Below, piece after piece: positions 1-10,900 of a DNA stretch of 64,000 nt (the stretch's first letter is position 1; the number at the start of each line of letters is the position of its first letter). The position numbers were made by a program, and so were the translations under genes. Under the pieces are notes generated by a model, which saw only the letters and a list, made by a program, of their open reading frames with translations, searched no databases and had not been told where the DNA came from. The DNA lies in assembly GCA_043228905.1 (NCBI GenBank), contig JBHGNT010000009.1, positions 11,036,001 to 11,100,000 of the forward strand, written 5' to 3'. Source of the stretch: Azolla caroliniana (lineage: Eukaryota > Plantae > Polypodiophyta).

Positions 1-179
1 TTTCCTAAACATTAATTAATACACTATATTCGTGGGATTCACGAGTTTCATATCTTTCTTTCTTATAATCTATTCATATTCATAACTAAACTCGTCTCAA
101 ATTCTTTCTCCTCCTAGTCCAAAACCCCTGTGGTTCCCACCCGACTCACGCAAACGATTCAGCGTCGAAAGGAACGACA
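1..179 (+). mobile_element. Right-hand end of an LTR of the tRNA-Trp-primed gypsy family, inserted into a LINE
   Basis: Sequence (tattcgtgggattcacgagtttcatatc...ctcctagtccaaaacccc...ggttcccacccgactca...gaaaggaacgaca) closely matches the ends of the LTRs at 47818-48508 and 61399-62109. It ends in CGACA and is followed by ACGT. Confidence 0.85.
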
Positions 180-3100
180 ACGTTTCCCCTTTAGATTTCC
201 CCAAAATTTAGCACATGCATGTGATTTCTCTTGCGTTTGGATACATTGTTGAGTAACTTCCCATATTCTTCTCTTTCATTAAATAAGACTTTTATACTCG
301 TGCAAATGCTTTTGGTAATTCTCTTTATCCTTAACTACATCCAAAACCATAAGGCACTTTCGAGCTTCACGACATTCTTTATCAAACCATTTTTTTCTAA
401 GTTTCTTGGTGCATTTCCAAGATATGCGGTTGGTCGAAAAACATTTGTTTGTACATGAGAGAATGACTTTCTTGAAAGCTTCCCATTTGCATTCTAGTGT
501 GGCACCATGTTGTATCTTTGTCATTTGTAACATATCCTCAACCATTTTGGAATACATGGGCGCTTGCTTAAGGTTCATGCTCAAGTGCGGTTGTTTATTA
601 TCTTCAATATCCTTCTCATAATCAAACCTATGCATACATTTGAGATCAATACATAAAGGCCTATGATCGAATTCCGGTGTCCATTCACCAAGTGAGAATT
701 TATGTATACGATCCAAAATACCTTCGGAAAGTAACACATAGTCAATCACACTATTTCCGTTGTGTGTTCTACATGTAAAACCATTAGTGTTGGGTCATAA
801 GGAAATACCATTTGCAATAAGCAATCCGGTTCTATTGCACATTTGTAGGAGTAACATCCCAAATTGATCGAGGTCTTTTTCATCGCTAAAAGAGCGGCTA
901 TATATTTGCATATCCTCTTGCATCCTTGAGATATGTGGCATGAAAGATTCTTGTGAATCAAGTTGGAAACTTCTTGTACGAGCATTCATGTCACCAAAGA
1001 CAATAACTTCCCATTTGGATTTGAAATAAGCAAATTAATATCATCTTCTAGATTGGCAAAAGGTTGATCTTTATCCAAACAAGCATAAAAGTTAGAATCT
1101 TGATGAGGAATGTAACATCCAACTACAAAAGTGGACAAATCATTAGGTGTTTCTATTTTGAGCCATATGTAGCATTTATGTTCATCATTTTTTATGATTG
1201 ACACATATTTCTCTATTTCCTTCTTAATCAAACATGCCACCCCTCCTGGTCCTCTTCTTTGTCTTGGATTTTTCTTCCATATCAAAGAGTGTACATTATA
1301 GTTTCCTAAACCTTGAATCCCATGTTTCAACAAGAAGTGTGATATCCGAGTCATCGGTGAACTCCTCTATGCCAAATCCCTCATTCCATGGGTATCCATT
1401 GCAATTCCAAAAGCATAGTCATAAAAGGCGTGGGTTAGTCTCATAGGTCACTTGTCCCTATTTGCCTACATTTCCATCTTTAGGCACGTCCTTAACCGTA
1501 TTTTACAATCTTTCTTCATATGCTTTACAACGAGCATTTTGTTGTGAGATAGTACGATCTTCACTCACAAAGCATTGCGTACCTTTGAGGTATACCCAAA
1601 TATTTTCGAGTATGATCCGCCGCTTTGTATCATTTGTCTTTATACATACAATAGGCCTTTCTCCCGGAGAGAGTAACACCATGTTTCCTAACTCAGTGTG
1701 CCCCATATACATTCACATCTGACATCCCATAATGCACGCTAAAAGATTCACCAATGGCCTTTCCGAGGGATGCGGTTGTTTCCATACTCTCTTCTTTGAT
1801 CCCACGGACGCCAATGTTCTTTGATCGTCGTTCACGTTCTTTCAATTCAAGGAAATCTATGCTTTCTATATCCTTCTCTTGATGCATCATATGCATATTA
1901 CATGAGTTTGATACCACATCCCCACCACATACATCGGCCCATGACTTCGTTATACATACATTTTTCATCTCACTTACATCTCGCCTCATCGTGTCCAATT
2001 TTTCTTCTTTTAATGCTTCCTTTAACTCAATCTTTTTAAGGCGCTCATTTGTTTCGAAAGAAGCTCTTTTACATTCCTGAATCTCTTCATGAAATTTTGC
2101 AACCACTTGCTTAAGACTTTCATACTCAATGACAACAATTTGGAGCTTAGCATTCTCTTTCATTAACGTCCTTATCTCTTCACCTGGCTTGTTTATGGTT
2201 TGTTGAAGAGAAATCAAGTGACTCATAAGCATTTTGTCCATTCCATTGGAATCGAGATTTGTTGGTGATCTCGGCTCATTATCAATCATACTGCTAAACT
2301 TTGCGGCATTGTCGTGAAGAATGTGCTTCACAATATAAAAATGAGCTTAAATGTTGTATTTAATAATATTTGAGAGACTTCAACCCACATCCTTATATAC
2401 GAAGTACAATGTACATACCACTAGGCTAGGCTATTTATCTGTAAAAGTTTGTGCTTCATGATATAAGAATGAAGCTATATATTGTATTAAGTAAAATTAA
2501 GAGACTTGAACTCTCAACCTTGTATGCCAAACACAAAGTATACATCACTAAGCTAGGTTAGTTATTTTAAAATGCATTTTCATCATTATACTTATCCCAT
2601 ATCTATTTTCATACATGGGAGCTCAAGTGAGCATGATGGCTACCATGCATCACGTGCAATACATGTGCGCCAAATGGCGATCATGCATTACATGTAACTC
2701 ATGCATTGCATGCATGCCATGCTCCCATACATTACCATATGCATGGCAACACTTATATAAAGAGGGGCAAGGAAAACAAGAAATGATCAAGAGTGAGTGA
2801 AAAAATTATACAATCAAGTAGAGAAGACTAGCTCATTGGGTGGAGAACTTCTCGTTTCGAAGTTGAGGTCGTGGGTTCAAATCAAGGGTCGGTAGAGAAT
2901 GGGTTTAGTTTGCGATCAAGGGTTGTAAAGTTGGTAAAATACTTTGTCTCTATCTTGCTTCTTGAATCATATATTGTCTGTATCTTCTATCTATTCTCGT
3001 CTCTCTCTCATACACACATTACTCGTAACTCTTCTTCTTGCTATTCTTAACCTTTCTAACATCACCATACAAGCCTTATTAAAATATAAGTTCCTTCAAT

Positions 3101-3300
3101 TCCCCTTAACCTTAGTCCCTGCGACTTCGCCGCACGAACCACAACTACCCCGACAGCGTCTTTACGAGTGTTTGCCATTGTAGGGACAAACCCTACGGGA
3201 AGAGAGAGACAAAGAGGGAGGGAGAGAGAATGTACCTTTCACTCGATTTAGGGCTTCAAAACCGTGGGGCAAAGATGGTTGTGAATGAAAATGCTCATAA
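180..3300 (-). mobile_element. Degenerate LINE: ORF1 (coiled coil) and APE endonuclease part of ORF2, interrupted by a solo LTR and cut by an LTR element
   Basis: ORF1 has a coiled-coil region and RERRSKNIGVRGIKE. Removing 2310-3155 plus one TSD copy restores the start MANTRKDAAKFSS (ATG at 3178). APE motifs GGVACLIK, VVGCYIP, GLLIANG, IDYVLLS and FDHRPL are spread over frameshifted ORFs 279-1354. Confidence 0.8.
2310..3155 (+). mobile_element. Solo LTR (TGTCG...CGACA) with three tRNA-like A/B-box modules
   Basis: Termini are TGTCG/CGACA, there is a TATA-like TTATATAAA near 2753, and the flanks are GCAT/GCGT. Excision restores the LINE ORF1 reading frame. Confidence 0.8.
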
Positions 3301-3432
3301 CTTCTTGCCACGGTAACGGAATTCAGTAAATGAACATTCTTTAGAAAGCTCTCTAAAAGAGCTTTCCAAGATCGTCATTGTATTCGCATTGAAGAGACGT
3401 GTTAAAGTATTTGAATAATCATATAACATCCT

Positions 3433-3780
3433 AATTAAATTCTTAGCAGCACGATTAAAGCCGATGATCGTAAGCCATGTCCTTCATCACGACCTTAAAT
3501 GAAATAATCTATGGAATCTCCAATTCACCATTTCAAATCTTATATAGAAGGGTTTTCTGTACCTACTTTTTCTATCTATATTGTAGCTGAAGTACTTAAA
3601 GGAGAATCTGGTTTGTTCTCAGTTAGTAATGGAACTAATCGTCTTTATTGTTGTTAAATAAGAACGCATGGCTTCGCCTAGTTACAAAGACCTGACTTTA
3701 CGTTCAAAAATCACAGGCCAGTAGATGTGGCCACCATCATTGGTACTTAAGATATTGTGTCTAGAGAAGTGGATAGATGA
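3433..3780 (+). pseudogene. nad7: Mitochondrial nad7 3' portion (unedited, degenerate NUMT copy)
   Basis: Translates to IKADDRK...MK*SMESPIHHFKSYIEGFSVP...KGESGLFSVSNGTNR...DVATIIGT*DIVSREVDR*, matching the NAD7 C-terminus. Confidence 0.9.
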
Positions 3781-3969
3781 AACTACTTAAAGCAGCACGC
3801 ACAAATAGGAAACCCAAAAAATAAGATGCAGGTGAGAAGAGGGATACCCTTGTAGATCTAGGAAATAAAGATGATTAAGAAAGAAAGAATAGGTGCATGT
3901 TGGCCCAAGTAGGCACGCACACACACACGCACTTCAGGATGGGGGCTTGATGAATCCCCCATCCCAACC

Positions 3970-4057
3970 GGAGGTATGGTTGAGCAGCTTAAGGTATTGG
4001 TTTGCTAAATCAACATACAATCTTCTTGTATCATGGGTTCGAATCCCATTTCCTCCG
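3970..4057 (+). tRNA. trnS-GCU: Mitochondrial-type tRNA-Ser(GCU), NUMT copy with substitutions
   Basis: GGAGGTATGG...TTTGCTAAATC...long variable arm...GGGTTCGAATCCCATTTCCTCCG, matching plant mt trnS(GCU). Confidence 0.85.
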
Positions 4058-4436
4058 AGCGAGTGCGAAGCACGAGCGATGCGACAGTGGCGTGATGGAA
4101 GAAACCCATACATTGTTTTTTGGGAATGTGGTTGTGGCCTGCTGAGAGAGACCTAGCCGGTAAGGGAGTGCTAGTTTTTTCTTCTTTTCTTTTCTTTTCT
4201 TTTCTTTGCTTGCGCACTTGCTGCTTTTAAGGTAACATCAATGCTGCTTTAATAACCAGTAGTGCAAGTTCATTTGGACAGACAACGAGAAATGCGATCA
4301 ATAACACGTGGAGTTGGGTCTGCGAGCAAGCAAACATTCCCCCGCACAAGTAGATTGAATAGGAGTTGGCCGGCTTCTTTTTTTCTAAAATAAATTCCGA
4401 TTTGCTAGAGAGAGATTAATTGCTTGCTTGCTTGCT

Positions 4437-4510
4437 TGCGGGGTGGAGTAAATGGCCAACTCGTCGGGCTCATGACCTGAAGACTGCGGGTTCAAACCCT
4501 ACCCTCGCAC
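4437..4510 (+). tRNA. trnfM: Mitochondrial-type tRNA-fMet(CAU), NUMT copy with substitutions
   Basis: GCGGGGTGGAGTAAATGGCCAACTCGTCGGGCTCATGACCTGAAGACTGCGGGTTCAAACCC...CGCA, with a CAT anticodon in a GGGCT-CAT-GACCT arm. Confidence 0.8.
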
Positions 4511-5635
4511 TACATGTTGTCAACAGTAAAAAAGCAAATGAAAATTATTGTATGATAATCCATGCTTGAGAATGGGAAACTAACATGACTATTCATATTG
4601 TCAATTCGTTATCATTCGTGTTGTCAATGAGACGATGGCATTCCAATGAAGCGGTTTTCATCATCATGAAGGTCTTCATGCATGCATGAAGAACCTGTTT
4701 GATGAACATGTCGGTTCATCATGCTTGTTGTTTAAAATAATCGTCAGGTGGTTCCACTTTTCTTTAAAGATTGCTGCTTTAAAGTGGAAAGAAAAGTGCA
4801 AAGCATCTTCTTGCCAGTAATTCATCAAGATTGTCGCTGGCTTGGTTTAAAGTGAAAAGAAAAGTGTTGCTTTGCTTTGCTTTGTTGGATTCACAGATTA
4901 TGGCCAGAAGATGATATTGCCTTCTTGCATGATCCTTCTGAATTTTACCAACGGAATTTCAAAATCCCAGCATTCAATTCTTTCGCAATCTGAGCTGCAT
5001 TAAAGATTATCGTATAATAATCCATAAATATTCAGGCCTTCTTGAAAGTTCAAAAGAAGAACTTTGGTAGCCATTTATATTACACTTTTTACCGCTTCTT
5101 CTTCTTCTGCAGTTTTCTTGCGCTTCATGAAGAAAAGGTGTTGTTTGAAATTGTAGCTTGAATCTTATTGGAAAACTAACTCTAGGCCTTCTTGATGAAC
5201 AGTTATGGATAATACGGTGGAAGTTGCTTGCTTGCTTGCTTGCGGGGAAGAACCAAGGTGGTGGATGAACCCGTTGCTTCATCAGCACGATGAAGACGAT
5301 TAACGCTACTTATTGGCTACGGTAAAGTTAGACAGCCTGATGGGGGAGTTGGTAGCAGAAGGTAGACAATTGTGGCACGGCCCAACAAGAAAAGAAAAGA
5401 AGCGGATTGACGTGGCCACAGTCATTCGACCTCCCCATGCTATCTGAGTGGATGCACCTCACCCTTCCACTGGCTATGCGGGGACTGGACCAATGTGATC
5501 TCGCCTTGACGTTGGCGGTCCGGCTTATGGAGAAGAGACCAACTGTGGTGTGGCCTTCTCCAACCAAGAGTCACACCAAAATTCAAATATTGCACATGAA
5601 TTCATCAACCTGCCTCGTATGGCAGAAATTGACCA

Positions 5636-6126
5636 AAAAACCGAGTTTGATCCTGGCTCAAAATGAACGCTAGCGATATGCTTAACTCATGCAAGTCGAA
5701 CATTGTTTTCGTCTATGGAACAGTTGAAGACAAAGTGGCAAACGGGTGCGTAACGCATGGGAATCTGCCAAACAGTTTGGGTCGAATCCCAAAGAAACGA
5801 AAGCAGCTTTGCTGCTTGCTTGCTACTTTTCGATAAAGCTAAAAAGCGTTGTTTGATGAGCCTGCGTAGTATTAGGTAGTTGGTTGGGTAAAGGCTGACC
5901 AAGCCGCAAATGCTTAGTTGATCTTTTCGGACGATCAACCACACTGGGACTGAGACACGACCCAGACTCCATAGGGAGGCAACAATGGGGAATATTGGAC
6001 AGTGTGCGAAAGCCCAATCCAGCAATATCGCATGAGTGAGTGAAAAACTTTGCATTAGCGAGGAAGGATTTTGCTGCTTGTAAAGCTCTTTCGTCGAGTA
6101 CGCGATTATGACAAGACTCGAAGAAG

Positions 6127-6157
<31 letters not shown>

Positions 6158-7130
6158 AGTAAGACGGGGAGGCAAGTGTTATTCGGAATGACTGGGCGTA
6201 AAGGGCACGTAGGCAGTGAATTAGGTTGAAAGTGAAAGGCACCAACTCAACTAGCGGAATGCTTTCAAAACCAATTTACTCGAGTGGGACAAAGGGGAGT
6301 GGAATTTTGTGTGTAGGGATAAAATCCAGAGATATACGAAGGAACGCCGAAGTAGCGAAGGTTGCTTTCTAGGTCTCTACTAACGTTGAGGTGCGAAAGC
6401 TTGGGGAGCAAACAGGATTAGATACCCTAGTAGTCCATGCCGTAAATGATGAGTGTCCGTCCTTGGTTTGCGGATCGGGGGCCCAGCTAACGCGTTAAAC
6501 ACTCCGCCTGGGGAGTACGGTCGCAAGACTGAAACTCAAAGTAATTGACGGGGGTCTGCACAAGCAGTGGAGCATGTGGTTTAATTCGATACAACGCGCA
6601 AAACCTTACCAGCCCTTGACATATGAACACTTGACGTATGAACACTTGACATATGAACCGGTGTGCTTGTCCTTAACGGGATGAAACGAAAATTCATACA
6701 GGTATTGCATGGCTATCGTCAGCTTGTGCCGTGAGACATTTTTTGTTAACTCCTATAACGAGCGAAACCCTCATTTTGTGTTGCTAAGATATGATGCTCC
6801 CAGAGGATCAATGTCATCATTCACCCTCGGCAAGCAAGAACATGGAACATGGGCTGGCTTCCGACGAACTTGAGGTTCCAACGAGCGAGCCGGCGGTAAG
6901 TGAGCCGCTTCATCGGTACGTGCCCATGAATCTGTGTTCAGTCATCGGTTAGCCAGGATTGATGACACTCCCATTGTGCCGATGTTGCACTCACAAGAGA
7001 CTGCCCGTAGTTCTACTATGGAGGAAGGTGAGGATGACGTCAAGTTCGCATGGCCCTTATGAGCTGGGCTACACACGTCCTACAATGGCAATTACAATAG
7101 GAAGCAGGGCCGTAAGGCGGAGCGAATACC
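5636..7130 (+). rRNA. rrn18: Mitochondrial small-subunit rRNA (rrn18), 3'-truncated NUMT pseudogene
   Basis: Conserved SSU blocks GAGTTTGATCCTGGCTCA, GTGCCAGCAGCCGC(A)GTAA, GGATTAGATACCCT(A)GTAGTCC and AAACTCAAAG.AATTGACGG are present. There is a plant-mt-like expansion at ~6790-6980. Homology stops near 7130. Confidence 0.9.
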
Positions 7131-7893
7131 TAAACAAGGCACAAACCTTATCGACATACAGGTTCCTACTTGCTTGAAGGCCTATTAGCACAACTTTGTT
7201 GAAGATCGCCCAAAGTAGTACCTTCCTATAAATGTCAACGTCCAGTGTTTCCTCAACAATGTTATACCTAGAATCCTTGAAAATTCATTGTCAGAAGCCT
7301 GGAAGACCCCTTGTAAGAACAGGAACTTGCCTTAGGCAAGCTACCACTTCACTTGGCTGGCAAGCTACCTGAATCTGCCAGTTCTTCGTAATGAGGAGAG
7401 GCTGGATCTCGATTCGTGCACTTTCTTATTGCCATGTGGCTTCTTGGCCCTACCACTTTTGTTTTCAAAGCTACTAGTTTTTTGTTTTTTTTGTTTTTTT
7501 GGCTGGCGCTTCAGTCATGAAATGAGTAACGAATAATAATAATATTCCGGCTGCACGCTGTCCTTTTCACTAATGCTTTTCGATGAAGCGGTTCATCGTG
7601 GCATGACTCGCCGCTTTCATTAACAGAATGGCTTTCTGCTACTGCATAGGAGCGCGAAAGCAGCACCCATGTTGGCTAGGCTGGGCTGGAGCTATAGAAC
7701 GTAGAAAATGATGGTCGGAGTGAACTTACAGAGAGAGAGAGAGAGAGAGAGGAAAAAAAGCAAGAGTGGAGGGAGGAAGAAGAAGCGAAATTGTTTTTAT
7801 TGTTGCGCTCTCTATCAGTAACGGAATTGAGCATAAAGACATGCATTAGAAAGCCCTCGATTAGAGCTTTGTAATGAGATATAACAAGTTAGA

Positions 7894-7896
<3 letters not shown>

Positions 7897-7937
<41 letters not shown>

Positions 7938-10900
7938 TTGTAACAAGTGGTATATTATATGAAGATAAGATACAAGAGTAGCTAGGAGGTTTAAGACTGG
8001 CGTTGAACCGAATTGGTTCAGAATAATGCCATGTGCCTCTATTTATAGTACTCTTAGGAGTACTCCTAAAGTTTCTAGAATGTTCCAGCGTAATCTGGAA
8101 TATACATGAATTTCCTATGGTGAAATAATAAATGAAAATAATATTTTTTGTATTATAATACATGATTTAATGGTAAGGGTTCAACCCACGTAACACAAGG
8201 TCATGGGTTCGAATCCTTTTGGAGCCATATCATGACACTATCCCCCCCATTAAACGACGAGTGTTGTGAGTCGTCTTTGATTGAGGACCTGGTTTGTTTG
8301 AATATTGATGATGGAAGTCTTCAACAAGAGCTCGAGCATTCGTCAAATTCGTCACTGGTTCCCAAATACGCTCGCTTGGACTATATCCTAGCCAATCAAC
8401 CAAATAATAGTGCTTGTTGCGAACAATCTTAGATCAAGGTGAAAAGTAACATCATTAATTTTTTTGTTAATACGGAAAGGGCCTAACCGTCAATAAACCA
8501 ATTTGTCACACAGTCCAGTAGTCTCGTCATAATAGCCATACTCAATCTTCAATATTAAAAGAGGATGGAAGTCGATGACGATCCGCATAGTCCTTCTGTG
8601 TTTGTTGGATGCAATGTAGGTGGGTAGATATTTCTGCCTGAATTTGTCGTAACCACTCCAAATGATCCACTGCACTAGGATTTGTAGGTAACTCCAGAGT
8701 TTCTAATACACACTAGCGAGGATGATAGCCGATATAAGCGTAGAATGGCGTAACCCTAGTAGAGGAGTGGATAGAATTATTATAATAAAATTAAGAAAAG
8801 TGTAGAATATCTACCCAATCATCTTGTTGATAGCTTAGAAAACACCGAAGATATAGTTCTAGCATTTGATTGGTGCGTTCTGCTTGTCCATCTGTTTGGG
8901 GATGATAGCTAGAGGAGAGATTGCAAGTGACCTTGAGCATTTTAAAGAGATGCTTCCAAAATTTAGAGACGAATTGTGATCCACGATCACTGATGATACT
9001 GTCGGGAAGACCATGATGCCAAAATACTTCACGCATAACAATTCTAGCGGTTTCTTCACTGGTGATTTCTTTAGTATAGGGCATGAAATGTGCCATCTTC
9101 GTATATCGATCTACCACTATTAAGATTCCATTGATGCCCCTTGAGTCCGGAAAACTATGATAAAATTGAGAGAAATAAATTGCCATGGTTTGCTTGGGAT
9201 TGGTAATGGCTCCAACAAACCATATGGATGATGTCACGGAATCTTCGCTCTACAACATGTATCACATGTCCGAACATAGTCTTCGACAAATCTTCACATA
9301 TGAGGCTACCAAAATGATCATTGTACTAAATCTAATGTTTTAGTACTACCAAAATGTTTGGTTGTGTATGTGTCATGACAATTTTGTACTATTCGAAGGC
9401 AACACGAACCATTGAGAACATACAAAAGTTTCTTAAAGAAGAGTAATCCATTATGACATTCGAATTGCTGATAATCTATACCTGGTTGTTGTGATCGTGA
9501 ACAAGATGCTCGAGAAGGATCAATTTGATCTAGAATAGCTTGAGCGAAAACATCCGTCTTCAAATCTTCATGTATGGTATCGATAATGCGGGAATCCAAT
9601 GGAGTGTCAAAGACCCACGTTGCTTGAAGTCGTGTCGGACCCAGGATTACTTGATTTCGATTGTCGAAGGCCAGATCACCAGGATGAGGATCTAGATACG
9701 AGCATCGTGATAATGCATCCGCCTTCCCCTGTTGCTTGCCCGGATGATATGTAATCTTGAAGTCAAAATGGGTGGGGAATTGGGCCCACCAGGCTTGTCG
9801 TCTATTTAATATGCGAGCATTCTAGAAGTAGGCAAGATTCTTGTGATCACTGAATACAGTGACTTGATGAGGAGATCCTTCTAAAAAAGGCCTCCATTGT
9901 GCAAAAGAGTCCACTATTGCTAAGAGCTCCTTGTCATGTATCTCATAGTTGATTTCGGCGGCGTCAAATTTCCGCTAGTGGAAAGCCAAGGGATGTAGCT
10001 TCTCATCGTCGCCTTGTTGTGAAAAAATACTACCGAGGGCAAAACCGGACACGTCTGCTTCAATGATAAATGGTTTTTGTGGATCAACATGAGCTAAAAC
10101 AAGAGCTGATGTAAATGTTTTCTTGAGACCCTCAAAAGCCGTCCACTTCCTTAGTCCAAACAAACGATTGCCCCTTCTTTGTAAGTTGTGTGAGCAGTAA
10201 AATAAGCTTTGAGTAGTTTTGTATAGACTTGCGATAGAAGTTTGCGAATCCTAAAAGGCATTGCACATCTCACAATGAACATGGAGTTTGCCACTCCAAC
10301 ACAGTTTGGACTTTAGTTGGATCCATAGAGATGCCTTCCGATGAGATGACATAGCCTAGAAATTCCACTTGATTACAGTCAAAACTACACTTTTCCAGCT
10401 TTGCATAAAGACCATGTTCTCATAGTTGTCTTAGTACTAATAGTACATGAGAATCATGCTCCTCTTGTGTCTTTGAATAAACTAGCAGATCATCCAAGTA
10501 GATGATCAAACAGAAGTCTAAAAGATATCGGGATATATCATTTGCCATGCGTTGGAAAACCATTGGCGCATTGGTGAGGCCGAATGGCATAACCATATAC
10601 TCGATGTGCCCATATCAGGTGCGGAAAGTTGTCTTCCATTCATCTCCCGGTCGAATCCGTGCGAGGTTATATGCTCCTCATAAGTCGATTTTTGTAAAAA
10701 CGTTTGCACCATTACTTCTTTCTAAAAGACTCAAGATCAGGGGAAGTGCATACCTATTCCTGATTGTGACCTTATTCAAGCCACGGTAATCCATGACTAG
10801 ACGAAGTGATCCATCTTTTTTCTTGACAAGAAAATAGGTGCACCGGCTCAAGATTTCAAATGTCAAATGAACCCGTTTGCCAAATTTTCCTCTATGTAGG

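Larger units (their letters stand above)
3425..7730 (+). other. NUMT: nuclear insertion of mitochondrial DNA (boundaries approximate)
   Basis: Contains plant-mitochondrial-type nad7, trnS, trnfM and rrn18 sequences with many C>T/G>A substitutions at conserved positions, plus (TTGC)n and short palindromic repeats. It is embedded among nuclear TEs. Confidence 0.85.

Noticed and set aside
5687-6245. ORFs of 162 and 140 aa on the minus strand
   Set aside because: They are antisense to the rrn18 sequence and are typical spurious rRNA ORFs.
5636-7130. Possible bacterial 16S contamination or HGT
   Set aside because: The plant-mt-type expansion, adjacent mt tRNAs and nad7, and deamination-type decay indicate a NUMT.
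8163-8227. Calling the LTR modules functional tRNA genes
   Set aside because: Acceptor, anticodon and T stems do not pair well; only the promoter boxes and their spacing are retained.
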